From a bacterium (GTDB lineage: Bacteria; UBA8248): a DNA stretch of 64,000 bases. Where the stretch lies: contig CBDBEV010000001.1 in the NCBI GenBank assembly GCA_965204535.1, forward strand, positions 1,568,001 through 1,632,000. The letters run 5' to 3'. The notes under the pieces are model-generated. The model saw nothing but the letters and a program-made list of their open reading frames with translations. It was not told where the DNA came from and did not search any database. The stretch's first letter is position 1. The number at the start of each line of letters is the position of its first letter. Shown here in pieces: positions 17,478 to 26,731 of this stretch. Both the position numbers and the translations under genes were made by a program.

Positions 17478-17650
17478 TCACACCGCGGCGCCCTGTTTCA
17501 CGAGTCGCCCCTGCGCATGACCGGCGATTGGCGGCGCCCGGCGAGTTGCATCCCGACCGGAGAAGCCCCTGCCGCGGCAAGGCGCTGCGCGCTGCCCGTC
17601 CGCAGGTCGAAACGGCGCCGATTCCCTTGTTTCATTCGTTTTTATCGGAT
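17478..17650 (-). pseudogene. Remnant of a third recombinase module (C-terminus plus possible degenerate site)
   Basis: Minus strand reads LRTGSAQRLAAAGASPVGMQLAGRRQSP...AQGRLVKQGAAV, homologous to the recombinase C-termini; TCCGATAAAAACGAAT resembles the right IR. Confidence 0.65.
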
Positions 17651-17812
17651 CGTATGCTGATGTTCCGGGTCGTCCGCCAAATACAATACGGCCAAGCCGA
17701 AACTGGCGGACATTCCTTCGTGGATTGTATGCCAACGGCCCGGATTTTCCCGGTCCTGTCTGATTGACCGTTTTGCCTTACACGTCTTTCGATGATTGGT
17801 CGGGCATGGTGG

Positions 17813-18865
17813 TCACGCCGGTATTGCCGTCAGATCGGACAATTCGCCTTTCTCGAAGGTTTTGGGAGCCCACCCCGGCAAGAAGGGCGTATCCATGCGG
17901 TCGAGTTGCAAGGCGTCGCGCATCCCCTGGGGGATGCTGTCAAGCCATTCGGGTATACCCGGCAGGGGCGATGAATCGGGGTCGTAGTAGAGACCGCCCA
18001 TTTCGGGCATTCCGGTGTCAGGCCAATGGCCCTCGTCGCGCTTGAGCAGTTGCACCGGCCAGGGTTCCCTGCGGGTTTCCACCAGGAATATCTCGTCCGG
18101 CGCATTTGTGCACGCTGAGAGCAGCGAAGGGAGAAGATCTTCGCGGAATTCGAAGCTCGTAAGGCCCGGATCACCGCTTTCCAAAACCAGAACGGTACGT
18201 GCGCCATCCGCCTTGCAGGCCTGAAGCTTGGGGCATTTCCTGGAAAAGGCATCCCGGAGACTGTCCAAGCGCGGGCCTTCCATATCGTCCGGAGGAATGA
18301 ATCTGAACGAGAGTGAGCCTGGCTTTTTTTGCACGAACCGTGCAATCGGCCATTGCAGCAGTTCGAATTCACAGTCAAATCCCGGCGGGGTTCCATGAAT
18401 ACGATCATCGGACCAATAAGGATTGCGGATTGATAAGATTTGGCCGGAGCTCCGCTCGCGCAGGGATTTCTCGCTCGCGCGGATCCATTCGACGAGATCA
18501 CCAAGTGCCCGTTCTCTTTTTTTGACTCGGCCTTTGGGCAGGGAAACGTCAATCGGAAATTGCAGTTCGTAGTAGGCCGGGCTTGAGAATGGATCCGGGA
18601 TAGCTTTTCTGATGTGCTCGATGATTTGGTTCGCGACGACCACGATCGATGTCTGATTTTCGATCGACTCGATCCAAGTGTGCTCAATCACATATTCCCG
18701 GGAGCCGAGCTTCAGACGCAGATCGACAGGAGGACCGCCTCTCTCCTTGCCCGGATGGCGGACATCCGAGCGCGTCTCGCGTGTCCATTTTTCGAGGATC
18801 CTGACGACCGCGTCACACACCCTGCCCTCGTTGTTCGGCACGATCATGGCCGACGAATCCCTCAT
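17813..18865 (-). CDS. Hypothetical protein, possible PD-(D/E)xK-like fold
   Basis: 350-aa ORF with natural composition; PVDLRL...YVIEHT near the N-terminus. Confidence 0.55.
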   Translation of the reverse strand: MRDSSAMIVPNNEGRVCDAVVRILEKWTRETRSDVRHPGKERGGPPVDLRLKLGSREYVIEHTWIESIENQTSIVVVANQIIEHIRKAIPDPFSSPAYYELQFPIDVSLPKGRVKKRERALGDLVEWIRASEKSLRERSSGQILSIRNPYWSDDRIHGTPPGFDCEFELLQWPIARFVQKKPGSLSFRFIPPDDMEGPRLDSLRDAFSRKCPKLQACKADGARTVLVLESGDPGLTSFEFREDLLPSLLSACTNAPDEIFLVETRREPWPVQLLKRDEGHWPDTGMPEMGGLYYDPDSSPLPGIPEWLDSIPQGMRDALQLDRMDTPFLPGWAPKTFEKGELSDLTAIPA

Positions 18866-19574
18866 TTTCCCTGATTTACCCGTTCCCGCTCACGGGCCAT
18901 ATATTCTATCATGCCGCGTTTGTCTGCATCGACTCGCCAAGTGCGGTTATATGCCGGTCACCGCATCTCTATGTCCAATGCGGGTGTCCATGTACGTCCA
19001 CATACGGTCATCGATACGGGATCGGGAAAACGGTACTCGAACGGAAAACTTTCAAGCTCGCGTAATCGATTCGGACCGGTCCTTGCATCTCCATACGGGC
19101 CTGCGGCCAGGAAAATGTTTGCCGACACGGATTCGCCGGAGTGCGCGGCAGTTTTAATCAATCCGCTTTCATTTTGATTACGGGCCAACCAGGGAAGATT
19201 CATGGCAACCTGTTAACTAATTTTATTACAGCACCTTACAGGATAATCGAAAATGCCCGAAACTGCTCTTGTCTCTAAGACGATCGTAATACCGATGGAA
19301 GACGGACAGGCTCTTGTTGCCTTTTCCTTCCGTCGAGAGCCTTCACGTGGTGCTGTCGCCATCTCTCCTGCCCGTGCTTGATGCACAGCACCATGCCCTG
19401 TTCGATCGTGAAGTTTCCAAATCCTATGCCACTCGCGGGTATCGCGCACGATCCCGTGCCCTTTTCTTTCGGGCGTCGCGCCCCTCGCACGCGGCGGCGC
19501 GGGCAGGTAAGACATGACATAGGCGCAAAGCGCGAGAATCAGGTGAATAATGCGAACGAAACGAGCCCGCATCA

Positions 19575-21863
19575 TCATTTCCTGCGGTCGAGAGCCATCA
19601 GCAGAGGCGGAAGAAGGAGAAAGTCGGTGAGGAGTCCGAAGATGATCGTGATCGAGACCATGAGGCCGAGCGTCCAACTGCCCTCGTAACCCGATAAGGT
19701 GAACACCAGGAAGCCCGCCGACAGAACCACGGTCGTTGTCCAGAGCGCATTTCCAACGGTCTGGAAAGTGGCGCGCACGGCCTCGGGCGCGGAAAGCCCC
19801 TCGCGGCGGCTTTTCAGGTATTTGCTCAAAAAGTGAATCGTGTCGTCCACGATGATTCCGAAAGCGATGACGGTCATCACGGAGCCGGCAAGACTCACGT
19901 GGCTTACCAGATAACCCCACAGGCCGAAGGTCATGGCGGCGGGGATGAAGTTGGGCACGAGGCTGATGAGGCCCAGGCGCACGTTTTTGAAAACCAGGAT
20001 CAGAATCAATGAAATCAGGGTCATGCCGATGAACGTTCCGCGCAGCATGCTTTCCATGTTTCGTTGCGTGAGATGAGCGAAAATCATGCTTAAACCCGAT
20101 GCTTCGGCCGCGAATTCGGGTATGTTGGCGCGCAGCCAGGCCTGCGCACGCATATCGAGATTACGCAAGCCTCGAGCCGAGACCCCCTGGACCGTTACGG
20201 TCATTCGTGTTGCGGATTTCGCGACGTCGATGCGGTCGTTGAGGTCGGCGCCGAACGGAAGGGAAAACTCGTAAAGCAGCAGATATTGCGCGGCGAGCCT
20301 GGGGTTCTCAGGCAAACGATGGAAAGCCGGATCGTCACCGTGCATGTTCTTGTTCAGGCGCTTCATGATATTCGTGAAGGCCCGGACGTGGGTGACTTCG
20401 GGCTGTTTTCGGTACCAATCGGCGAAGGCCTCGACTTTTTTCAAGTATTCAGGGTCGGTAATGCCGCCCTCGCGCCCCGCTTTCAGCGAGTATTCCAGCG
20501 AATTGAGACCGGTCAGGTTCTTGATGACGAAATCCGTGTCGCGCCGGAACCGGTATCGCTCATCGAACTGTTTCGTCCAATCCTCGCTCAGTTCGTTTCG
20601 GGGGATGCCGGTGAGCAAAGCAATCGTCAAAATGGAGACGAACGAGAGCAGAAACGCGCGGCGTTCGACGACGAATGCGCCGAAGCGATCGAAAAAGCCG
20701 GACCCCTCATTGCGGCGGCGAGGCGCGCGCAGAGGCAGGATCGAGAGCAACGCAGGCAGAAGCGTCATGGAGTAGAAGAAGACGCACAAAACCCCGAACG
20801 CCACCAGATTGCCCAGTTCCTGAAAGGGCGGTGAATCCGAGGTGTTCAGGCTCAAGAACCCGATTGCGGTCGTTAGCGAGGTGAGAAAAACCGGCCAGAT
20901 GTTGCTGCGAAGCGATTCCATAATCGCCGCGTTCCTGTCCAGACCTTTTCGCATGGCCAGAAGAGTGGCCGAGACGATGTGGATCGAATGGGCAACGGCG
21001 ATCACCATGACGATGATCGGGAGGCCGGCGGTGATGGGGCTGAACACCAGGCCTGCCCACCCGGTGAATCCCATGGTGGTGTTGATGGAGAATATGATCA
21101 CGAAAACGATGGCCAGGGTGCCGAGTACGGAGCGAAGCAGAAGGGCCGTACCGATTATGACGACGAAAAATGCGATGGGCCCGATGTTCTCCATGGTACC
21201 CGCGGTAGCATCGGCGACGGTGCGGTTCAAGACGATGTTGCCGGTCAGGTAGTATTCAAAGTCGGGACGACTCGTGCGGGCCTTGCCCAGAAGGGCGTTC
21301 AGATAATCGGTTATCTCAACTGCCACATGTTCTTTTTTTTCGGGCAAGACGAATGTGATCGCCAACCCACTCACGCGCCCGTCCCGGGAGATCAGACGCC
21401 CGACGAGGTCTGCGGAGTTCAGCGCAGTCTTCCTGATTCTCGCGAGGTCGGCGTCACCGAGCGCGCTCGCGTCATCGACGAGCGGCTCGACGATCAAGTC
21501 ATCTCCCTCCGCCCAACTGTGGTTATAGTTCGTGAGAGAGTCGACCCGGCTCGAATGAGGCGTCTTCCAGGCGGCTTCGGTCAACTCCTCCATGGCGCCG
21601 AGCGCCCTGCGGGTGAACACCGAGCCCTCCCGGGGCGCAATGGCGATGAGCGCGGTATCGGACTTGGAATAGGTATTCTGCAAGGTATCGAAAGCGGCGA
21701 GTTGGGGATTGTCTTCGCCCAACAAAATACGATAATCATCCGAGACGGTGATGTAGCGCGCTCCCGCCGTCATAAGCGCCATGAGCAGAGAAACCAACCC
21801 GACGACCAGCCAACGGCGGCGCAGAACAAGGTCTGAATAGTGATCCACCTGCAAGAGATTCAT
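19575..21863 (-). CDS. MMPL/RND family transporter
   Basis: Two repeats of periplasmic loop plus TM bundle; SLTTAIGFLSL, GIIVDDTIHF motifs. Confidence 0.9.
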   Translation of the reverse strand: MNLLQVDHYSDLVLRRRWLVVGLVSLLMALMTAGARYITVSDDYRILLGEDNPQLAAFDTLQNTYSKSDTALIAIAPREGSVFTRRALGAMEELTEAAWKTPHSSRVDSLTNYNHSWAEGDDLIVEPLVDDASALGDADLARIRKTALNSADLVGRLISRDGRVSGLAITFVLPEKKEHVAVEITDYLNALLGKARTSRPDFEYYLTGNIVLNRTVADATAGTMENIGPIAFFVVIIGTALLLRSVLGTLAIVFVIIFSINTTMGFTGWAGLVFSPITAGLPIIVMVIAVAHSIHIVSATLLAMRKGLDRNAAIMESLRSNIWPVFLTSLTTAIGFLSLNTSDSPPFQELGNLVAFGVLCVFFYSMTLLPALLSILPLRAPRRRNEGSGFFDRFGAFVVERRAFLLSFVSILTIALLTGIPRNELSEDWTKQFDERYRFRRDTDFVIKNLTGLNSLEYSLKAGREGGITDPEYLKKVEAFADWYRKQPEVTHVRAFTNIMKRLNKNMHGDDPAFHRLPENPRLAAQYLLLYEFSLPFGADLNDRIDVAKSATRMTVTVQGVSARGLRNLDMRAQAWLRANIPEFAAEASGLSMIFAHLTQRNMESMLRGTFIGMTLISLILILVFKNVRLGLISLVPNFIPAAMTFGLWGYLVSHVSLAGSVMTVIAFGIIVDDTIHFLSKYLKSRREGLSAPEAVRATFQTVGNALWTTTVVLSAGFLVFTLSGYEGSWTLGLMVSITIIFGLLTDFLLLPPLLMALDRRK

Positions 21864-21967
21864 CGCCTCAGTGAGAAAGGCCGGGGATCGCTCCGCGTTG
21901 TACAACTCAAGCGCAAAGCAGTTGATTCACCTGGTGTATGCAATTCAAATCACGTCACAGGGATCGT

Positions 21968-23149
21968 TCACCATGGACTGGATTGCGAAGCGCGAACGTG
22001 ATCGGGCATCCTGTAGCTGATGCCTCCCCTGTCGTATTGCGCGGCGTCGAAAATCTGGGAGAACGCGTTTTGCCGGAAGAGCGCATTGCCACTCAGCATC
22101 TCGAAAAGGCGTTCCCTGAACCGGTAATAGCCCAGCACCAGGGTTCTGCTCCTCAGGGTTTTCGGATACTGGTAGGTGTCGGCGAGTTCGTTGCCTATGA
22201 GCGCTCGCGAGAGGCGGTAGGCGTACTTTTCCAGAGATTTGATTTGGGCTTCATCCGTCAGGCCCGACATTATCAGAATGGCCTTGAATACCGTATTCGC
22301 CACGGCCAGACAATCGGAGTCAGGCGGCGGTTCGCACATGGAAGCGACCTCGCGAAGGTCTCTGGCCTCTTGCTCGCTGGTGAACAGTATGGTTTCGGGA
22401 ACTCCAAGTAGATAGCCGGCGTAGCGCCAGATACTGACGATGCTCTCCTTTTCCTCCTGCGTGAGCCTGCCGCCCAGCGAAATCGCGTGTTCGAACTGGC
22501 GAATCGAGAAGGTGTACAGGGAAACCCCGCCTATGTGGGCCGCGCTCAGCGGCAACCCCCAGGCTTCGTGATCCCACTCGTCGGAATTCTTCAGCAGATG
22601 CCTGATCCGGGCATGGACGAAGCGGATGCGCATGGATATCTTCCATCCGTCGCCCTCTCTGCCCAGGCCGCCGGGAAAATATATCTCGACCATGTGGCGG
22701 TTGTTTTGCCGGAGGCGTCTGATGGCGCCGTCATCCAGTCCGGTCACGCGTCCGGTGATGAAGAAGGATTTGGCGACGAGCGTCCCGAAGCCTTCCACCG
22801 CGCTGCCGACGGCGTATGCGATGAGCATGTTGGTCATGTTTCTGTAGAAGGCGCGCATGCCCGGCCCGAAGGCCTCGAAGTCGACCCAGGGGGGCACGTC
22901 GGGATCGACTTTCTCGAAGAAATCGCGCAGGACTTTCGGCGCATCGCGCAGAACACCTTCATGCTGTTCTATGCCGGCCTCGATGAACGCGTGCAGATCA
23001 TAGGAAGGTAAAGAGGCAAGCTCCTCCATGACCGGGTCCAGGTCGGCATCGCCTATGGTGGTGTGCCGGATGTAGTTGTCCGCCGCCGCCTCATCGTGGA
23101 GGCGGGCTTCGGCGTAACCTTCGGTATACGCTGATGGACACTTCTCCAT
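21968..23149 (-). CDS. MpaB/DUF2236 (rubber-oxygenase-like) family oxygenase
   Basis: PPWVDF, TGR, RIRFVHARIR..L, WDHEAWGLPLS, WRYAGYLLGVPE. Confidence 0.8.
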   Translation of the reverse strand: MEKCPSAYTEGYAEARLHDEAAADNYIRHTTIGDADLDPVMEELASLPSYDLHAFIEAGIEQHEGVLRDAPKVLRDFFEKVDPDVPPWVDFEAFGPGMRAFYRNMTNMLIAYAVGSAVEGFGTLVAKSFFITGRVTGLDDGAIRRLRQNNRHMVEIYFPGGLGREGDGWKISMRIRFVHARIRHLLKNSDEWDHEAWGLPLSAAHIGGVSLYTFSIRQFEHAISLGGRLTQEEKESIVSIWRYAGYLLGVPETILFTSEQEARDLREVASMCEPPPDSDCLAVANTVFKAILIMSGLTDEAQIKSLEKYAYRLSRALIGNELADTYQYPKTLRSRTLVLGYYRFRERLFEMLSGNALFRQNAFSQIFDAAQYDRGGISYRMPDHVRASQSSPW

Positions 23150-23178
23150 ATCAGTATCCTCGCAATAGTTTCCGGCGG

Positions 23179-23484
23179 CTAAACCTCCGGTTGACCCACA
23201 GGAGCGTCCGCGGAACTCTCTTCAACCTTCATGCCGGCTGAAGACACTCCATGGTCAGGACCTGGCCGCCTGTCATCGTTTCTAGGGCCGCCGGAACATG
23301 CCGTTCTCTCGATGGCGGGAAACCGAATCCGCTTGTTTGCCAATTCGGGGTTACCCGCAAACCCTCTGGCCTCCTCTTTCATGTGCCTGATCGCCTTATC
23401 CAGCAAGTTCAAATGTTGAACCCGCCGCCGGCACCTCCATGCCACGATGACGGCCACAACCAGGAGTACGGCGATGTAAGTCAT
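23179..23484 (-). CDS. Small hypothetical membrane-anchored protein
   Basis: N-terminal hydrophobic helix; AAGGA RBS; first gene next to invertible promoter 2. Confidence 0.5.
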   Translation of the reverse strand: MTYIAVLLVVAVIVAWRCRRRVQHLNLLDKAIRHMKEEARGFAGNPELANKRIRFPAIERTACSGGPRNDDRRPGPDHGVSSAGMKVEESSADAPVGQPEV

Positions 23485-23540
23485 GACTTGTTTCCTTGGT
23501 CCGTCTCCAAAGGCGAGCCGCCTCGCATCCGGCCTGCCCG

Positions 23541-23739
23541 CCGCTAATTGTTATTATCGGATGTGAGAAGCCCCGTTCTCCGCCGGGAGAAGCGTTTCGG
23601 GGCGCATATGGGCCGTAAATGAGCGAAACATGAGCGAAAAAAGACGCAAAACGGCGCCCGAAACCCCTCCGGGGACCCCGGAATCGCGCTTGACATGGCC
23701 TTGAGAGGTGTTATGTTTTCCGATAATAACAATTAGCGG
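23541..23739. promoter_or_regulatory. Putative invertible promoter 2 (21-bp perfect inverted repeats around a 157-bp segment)
   Basis: CCGCTAATTGTTATTATCGGA at 23541-23561 and its exact reverse complement at 23719-23739; TTGACA(23690)-N16-TATGTT(23712). Confidence 0.85.
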
Positions 23740-23855
23740 ATTCCAAAAACCCGCCGTTTCGCCGGTATTCCCCTGCGAAACGGCTTTTTTTATTGGAAAT
23801 TCCCCGCCGTCGTCTATACTCGGCAATCGACGAGGCCCTGGAGCGGCCTCAGGGA

Positions 23856-24836
23856 ATGGAAACGGCCGCCGACCCGGAAGGTTGGCTTCTCGCCATGACG
23901 ACTGGGGCAACACCGCCCGACCCGGAACAGGACATCGCTTTGACGAGAAGGCCGGCCCGACCGGCCCGTGCGGCCGCCGACCTGGCGAAGGCGTCGATGT
24001 CTAAGAACACGCGGCGAGTGTACGAGACGGCCCTGCGGAGGTTCGAGCGCTCGGGAAACCCCGAGACCGACGCCGGGATAGCGGCGTACCTGGGGGATCT
24101 CTACGAACAGGGGCACTCGGCGGCCGTGGCCGCGATGGCGGTCGCGGCGCTTCGCTTCCGGGCGAAGCTGAACGGCCGGCCCTCCCCGGCGGGGGCGGCC
24201 TCGGAGCGGGTGCTGGCCGGCTTCAGGCGCCTGGCCGCAGAGCGCGGCCGCGGCCAGGTGGTGGGGGTGCGCTGGGAGCAGGCGGACCGCGCGGCGGCGC
24301 TGGCCGAGGGGACGGGGACCCTGGGGGGCCTGCGCGACGCGGCGATCGTGGCGGTGGCGAGCGACGCCCTGCTCCGGGTGTCGGAGGTCGAGGCGCTCGA
24401 CATCGAGGACGTGGACCTGAAGGAGCAGACGGTGCTGATCCGCCGCTCGAAGACGGACCAGGAGGGTGTGGGCGTCGTGCAGTACCTCGGAGAACCGACC
24501 GTGGCGCGCGTCGGGGCCTGGCTGGCGCGCGCGAGTATCGAGGAGGGAGCGCTCTTCCGGGGCCTGTACAAGGGGGGACGGCTTCGGCCCGGGCGCCTGA
24601 CGGACAGGAGCATCCGGAGCATCATCGCGCGGTGGGGGAAGGCCGCGGGCGCCGAGGGGCGCGTGAGCGGCCACAGCCTCCGGGTGGGGGGCGCGCAGAG
24701 CCTGGCCTCGGCGGGGGCGTCGCTGGTCGAGATGCAACTCGCCGGGCGCTGGCAGTCGCCGGCCATGCCGGGACGCTACGCGCAGGGACAGATCGCGAAA
24801 CAGGGCGCCGTGGCGAGGCTGCGATACGGCCTGTGA
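23856..24836 (+). CDS. Cre-like tyrosine recombinase 2
   Basis: Same catalytic motifs as recombinase 1; C-terminal half nearly identical to it. Confidence 0.92.
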   Translation: METAADPEGWLLAMTTGATPPDPEQDIALTRRPARPARAAADLAKASMSKNTRRVYETALRRFERSGNPETDAGIAAYLGDLYEQGHSAAVAAMAVAALRFRAKLNGRPSPAGAASERVLAGFRRLAAERGRGQVVGVRWEQADRAAALAEGTGTLGGLRDAAIVAVASDALLRVSEVEALDIEDVDLKEQTVLIRRSKTDQEGVGVVQYLGEPTVARVGAWLARASIEEGALFRGLYKGGRLRPGRLTDRSIRSIIARWGKAAGAEGRVSGHSLRVGGAQSLASAGASLVEMQLAGRWQSPAMPGRYAQGQIAKQGAVARLRYGL

Positions 24837-24849
24837 GATCCGTCCGGGA

Positions 24850-25025
24850 TGAGCCCGGCCTCATCGAGACTTTCGTCGAGACCCCGCGCTGCACCGGCCC
24901 CGTCTGGAGGGCATCGGGATGGGCCCGCGTCGGCGCCACACAGGAACAGACGCTACGACAAGCCTGGAAAGGACGTCTGGCTGAGGCCGCTCCGCAGCAA
25001 CCGGAAGCAGGTCCTCAACCGCTGA
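24850..25025 (+). pseudogene. Second DUF4338/DruA-like 3' remnant
   Basis: LIETFVETPRCTGPVWRASGWARVGAT...KPGKDVWLRPLRSNRKQVLNR*, homologous to 10712-10900. Confidence 0.7.
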
Positions 25026-25058
25026 AACAACTCCCATCACCCTGCCGCCGAATCGTTA

Positions 25059-25873
25059 TTGCGCCAGGCTAAGCCCTGGAGAGGAGGATGCCATGACCTG
25101 GAACCTCTTATAGCGACTCAGCGGGTTCGACCCCCGTCCGGCAAAGGCGAAGCCGTCCAGCCAAAAGCGAGTCTTGCATGGCGTGCGGCAACGCGCGTCG
25201 TGAAGCGTCGACAGCAGGTGACGAAGCGGCGGGATAAGCCTCGAAATCGGCCAATCGATGACGCCTTCATTGTTAAGCAGGTGGGGGCAGCACCGGAAGC
25301 GCCGCTATCGGCGAGGCGCAACGGGTCGTCCGGGGTCGTGGGCCGGCGCAAAGTCACGGGATGGGTCGCCAGGGAACCTGGGAGATCCTGCTCCTGCCCG
25401 TGGGCAAGGATGCTGGAAAGGGGATGCCGGCATGCAAATCCAGGCCCCGGCCCGTCGCCGGGCCTGTACGGCGGCGGGAGCGCTATATGGCGGACACGAA
25501 CCCGGCAGGCGTCCGCGGAGCCGACCGGCGAAAACAATAAGCCGAAGGACATGCAAGGGCAGGAAGTCGTAGCGCCCTGATAGTACCGCTGAAGGCGGGG
25601 AACCGTGGCCATCGGGACCCGCCGGAGGGAAGCGGGGCGTCATCTGTACAGAGCCACTGATGGGAAACGTTGGAGGAAACCCTGAGTTCCACGAACACGT
25701 ACACGAAACAGCAGTGGATAGCCGAACAGGCGAGGGAGCGGTCATTCCTCGACCTGCGGATTAAGGGCGCAAAGCTCCTTGAGCGAACCTGTCAGGTGAG
25801 GAACCGAGTGCGTCAATCGCGCACGCTCGGGTCTGTGGGGGGCGGGGCGCAGCAATGCCCCCGCCTACCCGGC
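25059..25873 (+). mobile_element. Group II intron with internally deleted IEP (non-autonomous)
   Basis: 5' TTGCG; GGGAACCTGGGAGATCC end of domain I; ATAGTACCGCTGAAGGCGGGGAAC domain III; domain V GAACCGAGTGCG...GCACGCTCGGGTCTG; domain VI GGGGGCGGGGC...GCCCCGCCTACCCGGC; residual 71-aa ORF at 25670-25885. Confidence 0.85.
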
Positions 25874-26159
25874 CCCGGTCTGTAAACGTTTATCCAAGCC
25901 GTGACGGATTAGGTCTCAGAGCCAAACAGAGACGAATTGACGGTGACCTCTACGAGAAGAAAGTCGATGTCGGAATGCCATCCATGCACCGAAATTGCCC
26001 GAACATCCTGCGGCCTTGGGTGGTACCGAAGAATTAGGCCGGGCCAGCTACGTTTAGACAGCCACCGAATTACCGCTATTTAGGTGCTGTCATCACGGCC
26101 CGGATGAACGGATACCGGTCTTCGACGACTCGCGCCCCCTGGGATGCTCCGGGGTTGTA

Positions 26160-26710
26160 ATGAGTCCGCTTGCGTTTTGATTACATTTATTTCAATGAAT
26201 TTATAACCAGATTAAAAACAATAATTTAATTTTTATATTCTGGATAATTCGAGAAAATCCCATAAAATTCGATAAATTTACGGGGTATTTCTAAAAATTG
26301 TTTTCCCGAATACTCTCCCCGCGCGGGCGCACTTACTCCCGCGATCGGGATGATTCGGAGTATAAGGGGTTTCCGGCGAAAGCCGCGACGGCAAATGCGG
26401 GGAACTGCAGGGGTGAAGTCGCGCCCGGGCGTTCGCGTATTCCACAATATCCAGTCGCTCAAATAGATATTCCACACAATATATGGGCCGTTCTTGCCGC
26501 GAAGACGCCAGAACCCGCTCTGAAAGTCAATTCCATAAAAACAACTCATTAAATATCAATGGTTTATAAAAATTATTACAAGAAGCGCTTTAAGGACATT
26601 TGCGGGGCTTTAATTTTTTAATTCTCATAAAACAAATAAATACAATATGATGCAGTTGTTAATGAAAAAATTACTTGAAATAAATTCGCGGCCCTTGCTA
26701 TATTCCCCAA
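26160..26710. promoter_or_regulatory. AT-rich intergenic region with IHF-consensus site and sigma70-like promoter
   Basis: TATCAATGGTTTA (26554-26566) fits WATCAANNNNTTR; TTGAAA(26675)...TGCTATATT upstream of 26732. Confidence 0.5.
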
Positions 26711-26731
26711 TGTTCCAATCCGTCCCGTTGG

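Noticed and set aside
18900-19560. Short ORFs or possible gene fragments between the hypothetical gene and MMPL
   Set aside because: No recognisable motifs; cannot support a call
15251-24836. Prophage or integron bounded by the two recombinases
   Set aside because: No phage structural genes, no attC-like cassette array and no IntI-specific insertion seen; the sites are local inverted pairs
25059-25885. Retron or diversity-generating retroelement driving lipoprotein variation
   Set aside because: No RT coding motifs remain, no TR/VR pair with adenine-specific differences was seen, and the RNA motifs are those of a group II intron
26160-26710. Replication origin
   Set aside because: Only imperfect TATTCCACA matches to the DnaA box, and no dnaA/gidA context
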